A stretch of 64,000 nt of DNA, from positions 125,495,741 to 125,559,740 of the forward strand of contig CM041465.1 of NCBI GenBank assembly GCA_023213395.1, given 5' to 3'. Position numbers and translations under genes: made by a program. The notes under the pieces were generated by a model that was given only the letters and a program-made list of their open reading frames with translations, did not search any database and had not been told where the DNA came from. Shown here one piece after another: positions 1 through 10,246 of this stretch. Numbering within the stretch: position 1 is the stretch's first letter; every line of letters begins with the position of its first letter. The DNA comes from Cycas panzhihuaensis (lineage: Eukaryota > Plantae > Cycadophyta).

Positions 1-628
1 GTTAAGTTTGGATACAAATGCTTCTTCTATTTTTGTAGCATCTTACTCATACCTTTTATTTCTTTGTTCTTGATTCAACATGTGGCTTGTCAAATCTTCA
101 AAAGTCATGTTGGCTTTGGCCTCCCCTGTCAACATGTTGACCATGCTATCAAAAGATTTGGGTAATTTGTTTAACACTAGATGAACCAGTTCCATGTCGG
201 TTATCTTATCCCTAGCAGTGATAAGATTGTTTTTCACACTGTTTATTTTGGCCACAAACTCAAAAACAAGTTGATTTTCCCTCATTCTAAGCTTGTATAG
301 TTCTTCCCTAATAGCAATTATTTGTGCCTCATTTCTTTGGTTGAACAAGGATGTAACCACTTTCCAAATTTCAGGAGAGGATTCAACACCATCTACATAA
401 GATAGGAGGAAATCTGAGGTTCAGATCTTAAGTATGGCAATAGCTATGTTGTCCTTTTCCTCCTATGTTATTTCATCAACCATGTCAGTGGGTTTCTGTT
501 CTTACCCAGTCACTACCTTCCATGCATTTTTTTGCTATCAAGAGACCCTCAATTTTGATTTCCCAGAGACTGAAATTGGTTTCAATAAGCTTGTTGGCTT
601 CTACAAGTGCAACATCTGACAAAGCCAC
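1..628 (-). pseudogene. gag: Copia gag (UBN2-type), frameshifted
   Basis: NKL..TNFSLWEIKIEGLL at the N-terminus, then ORF 43..360 (REELYKLRM...LVLNKLPKSFD...TFEDL). Confidence 0.8.
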
Positions 629-1327
629 CTTAGAAATGCAAAGACGGGATTATAATGCTAAATTAATGAGTCATAAGGACTTATTCGAATTTGTGTAGAA
701 AAAGTACAGTGATACGAAATTGGATAAAAGCAATCTCAAATCAAAGCTTTTGATAAGAGCTTCAGGAATCTATAATTTTTTTGTTCAGATTCTGTCTGGT
801 TTTCTCAAAAACTACCCCAAAAGAGTACGACCAAACTAAGGTTTAAAAGTAACAAATCCTCATAACTTGATTTTTATCCAACAAAAGAGGGCGAACAATC
901 AGTCAATAGATTCGGATTGACAAGACAAAGATTTTAAGTACAAATTTATCCAAAAAATTTGAGAATTTGATGAGAAATCTTCACTAGAAGGTTTTGTTGG
1001 GCGCCTACTATAAATCTGGACTTTCTTGCCTTTCTACTTCAAATTTGAAGTCGAGCCTTTTGGACAGATCGATTTGCTCGTCAAGACAAATCTTTCCACC
1101 AATTTTCATCTCAATCTAGCAACTTTGAAAAAATTATGTACAGTTCCATACGATTCTGTACAGGGTTGTACTGCAGAAACTTTTGGCTGTACATGTCCTT
1201 TTTCATCTTTAATGTCTTTATCAACATTGATTCTTCAAAATCCCTTGATCAAGCTTTGACTCCTGACTGTTTCTAATTTTCCCCCAGCAGTCTTTTTCTA
1301 GCTCCCTTCAAGCCTACTTTGATACCA

Positions 1328-1519
1328 TGCCAAACTTCTCAAAAGTATTCCTTGATCATTAATGAGAGAAAGCCCTCTATAAATATTGTACAATATACAA
1401 GAATATTGAAAACCATTTGATGCATGAGTGCCACTTACACAAGAGTACAGAAAGGGACTTATGACACATAACCCTTACAATAGTGAAAGAAGACTTAGAT
1501 AAAAACACTATTCTCAACA
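1328..1519 (-). repeat. 5' LTR of Copia element 1 (about 192 bp)
   Basis: TG...CA ends with an abutting PBS; the partner LTR lies outside the window. Confidence 0.7.
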
Positions 1520-1869
1520 AAGAACCCTTTTCCTAAGTTTCATTTCTGAAGTGTTTTTTATTATTCATCTTGTCATTTCTTAAGAAAAACCCTTTATTGT
1601 TTGACTTTGATAAACAATTTAAAAAAATTGCAAGTGTGTTTGTCAATCAAAAAATATTTTTTAAATCAATTTTAATACATTAAGCAAAAAATCACATTTG
1701 TACATGACTTTAGGCTCCCTGCAAGGTGACCTATTTAGTCTTTGACTATTAAATCATGCTCAAAAACACTACAACACTAATAAAAAAAACTTTTTTCTTA
1801 GTGTGTGTTAGGACCATTTTAAAGTCCTAATGTATTTTTCTATGCTTTTGTCTTTGCACAAGTTGTTTA

Positions 1870-2416
1870 TGTGAAAAAGGGCCTATGGCCTTACAATCCC
1901 AAGATCTAGAAGCTAGGTTCACTCTAGTTCTAGAAAGCAACAAATACTAACAAGTATGATACTCTTAAGATGAAACATAAGCAAGACAAAGCATGAAAAG
2001 GAGTAAGAAAAATGATACCAAATGTGAGGGGTTGGAATTGGTCCAACCTCCAAATGAATAACAGTTTGGTTAGCAAACTGGCAGCATAACAATACAACTC
2101 CAACTCTATATGAGAACAATGAGGAGAGGTCTCATTATATAGAGTGAAATGAGAGACCTAAGGCATTGGATGTTTGACAAATGTCAAACATCCAAGGTAC
2201 ATGCCTTGCATGTAGGACGTGTCCTTTTAGGGCTCTCAAGTGAGCAAAAGTGCATGGGGGTCCATTTGATCCTTTAGTGACAATGTTGTGTCACTAGAAA
2301 GAATGTGGGTGTGCACTTTATCACTTAAGTGATAAGTCACCCCTAAAGTACAAAAGTACAAATCTTACATGAAAAATAAAGTACATAATCTTAACATGTA
2401 AACATAAGGTTTAACA
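1870..2416 (-). repeat. 3' LTR of Copia element 2
   Basis: TG...CA ends; direct repeat of 9086-9636; adjacent PPT. Confidence 0.95.
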
Positions 2417-2429
2417 CCCCCCTTTACTG

Positions 2430-5400
2430 TTTACAATGTTAAGTCAGACCCCTAGACCATCTCTAAATTTTACAAATTTTTCTCTACCAAGTGGCTTGGT
2501 AAAGATATCTGTTGTTTATTGTTTTGTAGGTCGATATTGAAGGTTGATCTCACCACTTTGCACATGCTCTCTGATGAAGTGATGATGAACCTCAATGTGT
2601 TTGGTCCTTGCATGAAATACAAGATTCTTGGCCAGCTTGAGCACACTTTGATTGTCGCAATAAATCCTGGTGGGGTGATCCTGCTCAAGTCCAAGTTCCC
2701 CAAGAATCCGTCATAGCCAGATAGCTTCACAAGCTGCGTTGACTGCAACTTTGTACTCTGCTTCGGTGGAGGACAAGGTAACATTGGGTTGCTTCTTGCA
2801 ACTCCACGAAACAACTGTTGTACCAAGGGAAAAACAGTATCCCAAGGTTGATCTCCTGCTATGTTGGCAACCTGCCCAATCAGAATCTAAGAACCCTTCC
2901 ACAGTGAAGTTCTCATCATGTGCATACTCGAGGCCATGCTGCAATGTGCCTTTGATGTATTTGAGTATGCGTTTAGCTGCATTCCAATGTTTTTGATTGG
3001 GTTGAGACATGTATTGTGAACAAATCCCAACTGCAAATGAAATATCTGGTCAAGTGTTGGTGAGATAAATGAGGCTACCAATCAACTGTTGGTAAAGAGT
3101 GGGATCTGCAGGTGCAACTTCCTCATTGAGAGTAAGCTTAGTTCCATTCTCCATGGGTGTAAGCGCTGGCTTGCAGTCGTGCATCCTGAACCGCTGCAAA
3201 ATGCCCCAAGAATATTTCACTTAGGAGATGAAGATATAGCCTAGCTGTTGCGATACCTCAAAGCCTAAGAAATAATGGAGAAGTCCAAGATCTATCATCT
3301 CGAAACTTCTCTTCAAGTCATCCTGGAGAATGTGTATCATCTTAGTGTCATTGCCAGTGATCACTAAGTCATCTACATACAAGACAATAAAAATGGCATG
3401 GTTCTTTTCATGTTTGATGTATAGGTTAGGATCTGAAGTAGATCGATGAAACCCATGTCTCAAGAAGTAATCATCGATCTTTGAGTACCATGCTCTTGGA
3501 GCTTGTTTCAAGCCATATAATGCCTTTTTTAGGCGACATACTAAATGCTCCTTGCCTTGTACCTTGTAACTGGGAGGTTGCTCCAAGTATACCTCCTCCT
3601 GAAGATCGCCATTAAGAAAGGCGCTCTTCACGTCCATCTGAAAGATCGCCATTTGCATTGGTCATTAAGGCCAAGATGAGTCTGATGGTGTTCATATTAG
3701 CCACTGATGCAAAAGTCTCCTCATAGTCTATGCCTTCCTTTTGTTTGAATCCTTTTGCCACAAGGCGGGCCTTCTAACACTTAAGTGTCCCATCAAAATG
3801 GAATTTGTTCTTGTAGACCCATTTGCAACTGATTGCCTGTTTGTGTTTAGGCAATTCGACCAAATCCCAAGTACCATTCTTTTCAATAGAATGGACTTAT
3901 TCATCCATGGCAATCTTCCAATTTTCATTTTTAGAAGCCTCCTCAAAAGCGGAAGGCTCATCAACACGTAGCACTTCAGCCATAAGTGCAAAATTGGTTT
4001 GCTGCCTGTATTTTGATGGACGTTTTCCTTCAATGATGTGGTCGTCCTATACTGTTTGAGTATACCATTTTGGTAACTTTTGAATTGATGTGACTTGAAC
4101 CTCAAGATCTTTTGGTCTAAGTGGTTGATCAACAGAAGATGTGCTAGGATCAAGTGGAGCTAAATCAGATGATGTGGACGGTCCAGCAGGTGCAAATGAT
4201 GTACATGGAGTAGAAGATTGAGAGGGAAGGAAAGCCTCAACAATCTTTTTGCCTTTGTCAATGGGGGGTTGCATGGGTGTTGTTTGCAACTCCTTATAAT
4301 CGTCTTCAGTAAAGATTACATCTATGAGAGATGCATTTTCTTTCCAATGGGATCATACAACTTGTAGGCTTTGCTATGAATGGCATAACCTACAAAGATG
4401 CATTGTAGACTATGTTTGTCTAATTTTGTTCTTTGTTGGTCGGGGATGTGCATATAAGCAGTGCACCCAAAAGTCCTCAAATGGCTGACATTTGGCTTTT
4501 TGCCAGACCATGCCTCCTCGGGTGTGATGTCGGTGACTGATATAGTTGGACTTTGATTTGCCACATAGGCAGTTGTGTGGAATGCCTCTGCCCAGTAAGC
4601 TCGAGTGAGTCCTTTTGCATGCATCATTGCTTTGGCTTTAATAGCCAAAGTTCTGTTCATTCTTTCGGAGACTCCATTCTGTTGAGGAGTGTGAGGAATA
4701 GTAAGCTATCTCTGAATGCCATTATCCTTGCAGAATTGAATGAATTCATTTGAAGTAAATTCACCTCCATTGTCTATTCTTAATGTTTTGATAGATTGGC
4801 CAGACTCGTTCTCCACTTCAAGCTTGAATTCTTTGAACTTTGAAAAGGCTTCAAACTTGTGCTTGATGAAGTAGACCCAGACTTTATGAGAAAAGTCATT
4901 GATGAAGGAGATGTAGTACAAAGCTCCTCCAAAGGATGCGATGGACATAGGTCCACACAAATTTAAGTGTACCAGTTGCAAAGGATGTGATGCACGCCAA
5001 GCTTTGCCTTTAGGGAAAGGCAAGCGATGTTGAGTCCCCATTATGCATGCTTCACAAAGACATTTTGTGCCATATATCTTTGGAAGCCCATGTACCATGT
5101 TTTTGTTTATCATCTGCCTGAGATTGTCTAAGCTCAAATGGCCTAGACATTGATGCCAAAATTGCATCTTGGACAAGTGTTGAGTGACAATAGATCTAGA
5201 GTAAGCAGAATCAAGTGTTATGTTATTAGCATCTAATTTGTAGAGGCCATGATCCTCATATCCAATAGCTACTACTTGGTCATCTTTGTCACTTATTACA
5301 CATTTCCCATTTTTTAAGAAGATGCTCATCTGTTGCTTGTCCAATTTGCTAACAGATAGCAAGTTTTTGTCCATAGAAGGTATAAAGTAGGCATTGCCAT

Positions 5401-6613
5401 TGGGAAATGAAGAGGGAGGATTAGAAGAGGAATGAAATGGAGCTATTGTGCCTATTCTAGAAATCTTGACAGATTGATTGTTGCCAAAGGTCACTGATTG
5501 ACCTTTTCCTTCCTTGATGCACAAAGAAGTTCTTCACTCCCAGTCATGTGTTGTGTAGCTCTAGAATCAATGATCCAAGTTTTATCAACCTTGGATGATT
5601 GATAAGCACAAAACATTTTGTCTTCATCTGCAAACTGATTGAAGTGGCGTTGATTGCCACCTCTAAAAACCCCCCCTTCCTCTTCGACCTCCTCGATAGG
5701 CACCTCGATTTGGTCGAGGGAGTTGCTGCTGCTGTTGTTGCTGGAATCTTTGTTGGAATTGTTGACGTGGTTGTTGCTATCTCTGATTTTGTTGACGTGG
5801 TTGTTGTTGTCGTAGATCTGCTTGTTTTTTCCTACAATAAGATGCAATGTGGTCTGCTTTACCACAATAATGACAAACAACATTGGTCTTTGAAGGACCA
5901 ATGTTCATGTTCCTAAACTGCTTTGAGAGTGCAGGTTTGGGGTTCTGCTTGGCCTTTGATTTGGTTGTGAATGCACCTGATGTAGATGGTTTATTCTCAT
6001 TATCCTTGGTGTAAATTTGTTCCTCTTGAATGAACAAACTTTCAAGTTCATTAAATGACATTCTTTTGAGTGAACCATCTCTTGTAGTAGAAGATATAAA
6101 GCCATTGTAGTCCTTTGGCAAAGCTTTGGTGATAGATGTTATAAGTTCATCTCTAGTTGCTGGACTACCTAGTGTATTCAATTCATTACATACCTCCTTG
6201 ATGGAGGAAAGAAAAGCCGACATAGGCTTGACAAACTTTACAGAATACAACTTGGCTTTTACCATCAAAATGCGAGCTTCATCTCGCCTTTCATACAAAG
6301 AGGACAAAATGTCCCACGCTTCCTTAGAAGTTTTTGCACATACAATATTTTGATCTACATGTACATCAATAATCATATGAAGGAATGCCAAAGCGATTTC
6401 ATCTTTGGCTTCCCAAGCAGCAACAAGAGCATCATCAGTTTGAACAGTTACATCACCATTGACAACAGGTACAGGTTGGGGTATCCTTCTAGAAACATAA
6501 CCCCTAAATTCATTCATTATCAAAAAATTCTGAGTGATCCTCTTCCATTCTTGATAGTTATCTTGTCTTGTTAAACTAATGGTGTGTGCATTAAGCATGT
6601 TAAATGCAGCCAT
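2430..6613 (-). pseudogene. gag-pol: Copia gag-pol polyprotein of element 2 (stops and frameshifts)
   Basis: Gag with CCHC knuckle (CHYCGKADHIASYC), protease WIIDSRATQHMT, integrase WHQCLGH...CEAC and [22 protein letters not shown] / LYVDDL, RNase H DSDWAG...SSTEAEY. Confidence 0.95.
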
Positions 6614-7005
6614 GTTTCAGTTGTAAGGCTTGAAGCTAGCAGACAACTTGGAAACTCGAAACTTTCATCGCTTAAGTTACACCTTCTAACGAAACCAACA
6701 ATTCTGATCTTACTAGAAGATCCAACAATTGAACGAAATGATGAGGGGTGGAGGACTAGGCTATGGAGTTGATCCAACCCTAATCTATAGAGGAGATCCA
6801 ACAGTTGGCCAAGTTAAAACTAGGACAAGGCAGGTAGAGTTGATCTGCATGGACGTACCATGCTTTCCCTGGGATTCGAACCTCCTTTCCCTCAAGCAAC
6901 CTTAATTGTCGTGCACTGACCATACGGTCGGTTGGTCCCCTAGGAAATGCACCAAGCTTAAGGTTATTTCAGAGGCAAGGTTTGAACCTTTTTCGGGCCT
7001 CTCCA
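6614..7005 (-). promoter_or_regulatory. Structured RNA domain immediately upstream of the gag AUG (candidate IRES-like leader element)
   Basis: Several stems, conserved with compensatory changes in element 3 (9845-10246). Function is inferred. Confidence 0.6.
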
Positions 7006-9071
7006 ACAAAATTTTTAAGTCACTTTTTAGAAGGTTAAAGTGAACTTAAGATTTATTTTACTTGGATGATGTACTTATGAAAAGTGTTTGATTAAGCTTA
7101 CAATGAAAGAGGCTTCAAAAAGAAGCAAGCTAGTACATCAAATGAACACTTAAAGTGTTGTTTACAATGAGCACTTAATGAAGTGAGAGTGCTTATGCAG
7201 ATCCAAGTAAAAAGGAGATGCTTGAGTACAATGAGTTTTGCAAGAAAAGTACTTTGAAAAGATGTTAAGTACTTAAAGAAGCAAAGCAAAACCTTGTGAT
7301 AAAAGTACAAGTGGGTTCCTTTTAATGCTCAAAAGTGAAGAGAAAAAGACCACTTGCCAAATAAGGACACCAAGCACCAAGTGTTGGGACTTTAAAATAG
7401 TCCCAACGATCAAAAAATGAAGTGATTTTATTAAATAGAAGTATTTTTGAGCCCCTTTTTGAGACTAAGGGCACTAGGTCACCGTGCAAGGTGCCTTAAA
7501 AAGAGTGTTGAAACAGTGATAAATATCACATTTGACAAGGTATCAACACTTTAAATCATTTTCAACAAGACTTTTAACACTTATAAACATGAAATAAGTG
7601 TAAAATAAAGCTTGGAGTGCCTAAAAACAAAGGCTGAAATTCAATTTTTTGCAACTTTGAGTTACAAGGACACCACGCAGGGAGCCTTTGAAAATGCTTA
7701 AAAAGTGATTTTTTATTTTTACAATTATAAAAATGACTTGAAAAAGTCACTTAATGAGTCACTAAGCACAAAAAAAAGAATTTTTTTTTTATGTTAAAGT
7801 GACTTCAAAAAGATGAATTTGACCCCTTGATAACTATGGTATGAAGAAGAAGTCTTAATAAAGCACTTAAGAATAGTGAAATTTTTTCACATTACAAAGA
7901 TTAAAGTGCTTACAATTACTTAATTTGAGTTTTGTTAACACTAATGCAAAAATTTTTGAGTGTTAATGAACTCAAAAAGTAAAAAAAGGACTAAAAAAAG
8001 TGATTAAATAAGGATTTAAATCACTTTAAAAGATAAACTTTAAGAAACTAAGAATATTAAAATAAGAATATTCAAAGAATATTCTTATTTTAATAACTTA
8101 ATGTTTTAAGACAGTTAAAATAGAAGATTTTATCGAAAGATCAAAAAATAGAATTCGCAGCCACTACCGCGCGTCCCCCGTAATCACGTAGAGCATGATT
8201 TCTCACTGCCTGATGATCAAATCGAGTCGTAACTGTAGACGGAGGATCGTGGTGAGCGTACGGAGGTGTCTCTAAAGTCCAGCAAGTTGAAGTCAATCAC
8301 TGACGAAGAACAATGCAAATGAGTGTTGGAGAAGGGCGCACGGACTGTTGACAGAAACCTGACTGCGCAACACTGTTGAGAAGGCGTGAGAAGGCGTCTA
8401 ACCACCATACGACTCCAGTGGGACCCTCAAAGAGAAGAGAAACCTTACAAAGAGGAGCAGGGCACCATAACAGGTCTCCACTGAAAAACTGAGCTCCCAA
8501 GGGTTTGAAGGAGACGCCGACTACTATGGCTTTTAGAAAAGTGCCCAACTATGTGTGGAGATACACTAGTGTAGTATCAAAGATTCAAGATAACAGAACT
8601 GAACTGAATTTCACCTAGTAGCAAAGACTTTGCAATGTTTAGAGAGCAAAAAAAAAAAATGCTACATACACTAGATAAATTCTTTGAGATTTGTCTGATT
8701 TTGGCAGAAAATTGATTTTTTTTCTTTTAAAAGGAAAAAATCACAGAAAATCATTAAAAGATAATAACAAATCTGCCTTCTTTTCTGCAAAATAAAAATT
8801 TTTTGAGGAAAAAATTAAGGGAAAAAGGCACTATTTTTTGAAGAAAACAGTGTTGCACCCTTGGCAGAGATCTGGAAAAAAAAAATCAGATCTGAAAGTA
8901 GCCTTGCTCCAGCTTTTAATGCTGCTCCAGAAGCTTGAACCTGCAGAAAGTGGTCTTAGCAAACCTTGGATCGCCTTCGGAGGGCGAAGGTCGTCACCAA
9001 GGGTTTGTAACCCTTCTTTGAATCTCCTTGAGCAGAAAAAAAAACAGAACAGAGGGAACTAGTCTCCTCTT

Positions 9072-9083
9072 GCTCTGATACCA
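9072..9083 (-). promoter_or_regulatory. Primer binding site (initiator tRNA-Met) of Copia element 2
   Basis: TGGTATCAGAGC, 2 nt after the LTR end. Confidence 0.95.
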
Positions 9084-9085
9084 AA

Positions 9086-9636
9086 TGTAAAAAAGGGCCT
9101 AATGGCCTTACAATCCCAAGATCTAGAAGCTAGGTTCACTCTAGTTCTAGAAAGCAACAAATGCTAACAAGTATGATACTCTTAAGATGAAACATAAGCA
9201 AGACAAAGCATGAAAAGAAGGAGCAAGAAAAATGATACCAAATGTGAGGGGTTGGAATTGGTCCAACCTCTAAATAAATAATAGTTTGATTAGCAAACTA
9301 GCAGCATAACAATACAGCTCCAACTCTATATCAGAACAATGAGAAGAGGTCTCATTATATAGAGTGAAAGGAGAGACCTAAGGCATTGGATGTTTGACAA
9401 GTGTCAAACATCCAAGGTACATGCCTTGCATGTAGGACGTGTCATTTTAGGGCTCTCAAGTGAGCAAAAGTGCATGGGGGTCCATTTGACCCTTTAGTGA
9501 CAATGTTGTGTCACTAGAAAGAATGTGGGTGTGCACTTTATCACTTAAGTGATAAGTCACCCCTAAAGTACAAAAGTACAAATATTACATGAAAAATAAA
9601 GTGCATAATCTTAACATGTAAACATAAGGTTTAACA
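9086..9636 (-). repeat. 5' LTR of Copia element 2
   Basis: Direct repeat of 1870-2416; adjacent PBS. Confidence 0.95.
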
Positions 9637-9844
9637 GTTTAAATCTTGCAAAATCCTTAATTGTCAAACATTAAGGAAGGAATTTTCTCAAAACACTACA
9701 AAGCAAGCTATTTTGAAAACTTTTTTCAAATTCAAGCAAACATTTTTCAACATCATTTCAGCATCAAGCAAGCATCTCAGGTTCAAACATATTTTTCAAC
9801 TCACAACACATTATTAAAACTTTAAAATTGATTAAATTATTAAG

Positions 9845-10246
9845 TGGGGATGCTCAAAAAAGATTCAAACCATGCCTATAGTCTTAAGATTGGTACCTTC
9901 CTTAGAGGACCAATTGACTGTATGTTAAATGCACATCAATTAAGACTTTAAAACTTGTGGGAAAGAAGGTTCGAAAAGGTTGAAAAATATGATATAGCCA
10001 TGCAGATCAACTCTACCTTGCTTGCACTAAAAATTGATTTTGGCCAACTATTGGATCTATTTATAGATCATGGTTGGACTACTCCATAAGCCTAACCATC
10101 CATTTTCGCTACATTCTTTAGTTGTTGGATCTTCTTCGTAAGGTCAAGAATGTTGATGTACTTATAAGTGCAACTTAAGAGGCAACAACTTCAAGTTCCA
10201 AATCAATTCTTTAGTTATAAGAATTTTTAAACACAAAACTTAAAAG
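9845..10246 (+). promoter_or_regulatory. Homologous structured leader domain upstream of the element 3 gag AUG
   Basis: Shares the core CCATGCAGATCAACTCTACCT and the stem architecture with 6614-7005 (minus). Confidence 0.6.

Larger units (their letters stand above)
1..1519 (-). mobile_element. Ty1/Copia element 1 (5' part only; continues off the left edge), apparently nested in the leader of Copia element 3
   Basis: On the minus strand: LTR TGTTGAGAATAG...TTTGGCA (1519->1328), immediately followed by a Met-tRNA PBS TGGTATCAAAGT (1327->1316), a leader, then a UBN2-type gag. Confidence 0.85.
1870..9636 (-). mobile_element. Full-length Ty1/Copia element 2 with a 2.4-kb leader
   Basis: LTRs 1870-2416 and 9086-9636 (about 17 substitutions and 2 indels by eye, ~97% identical), TSD GTTTA at 1865-1869 and 9637-9641, perfect PBS TGGTATCAGAGC (9083->9072), PPT at 2417-2425, domain order gag-PR-IN-RT-RH. 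Confidence 0.97.

Noticed and set aside
6855-6935. tRNA gene suggested by GGTTCGAATCCC on the minus strand
   Set aside because: No acceptor stem, D-arm/A-box or anticodon arm could be built; it is part of the Copia leader structure.
8205-8260. Hammerhead ribozyme (CTGATGA core)
   Set aside because: No correctly placed GAAA or closing stems.
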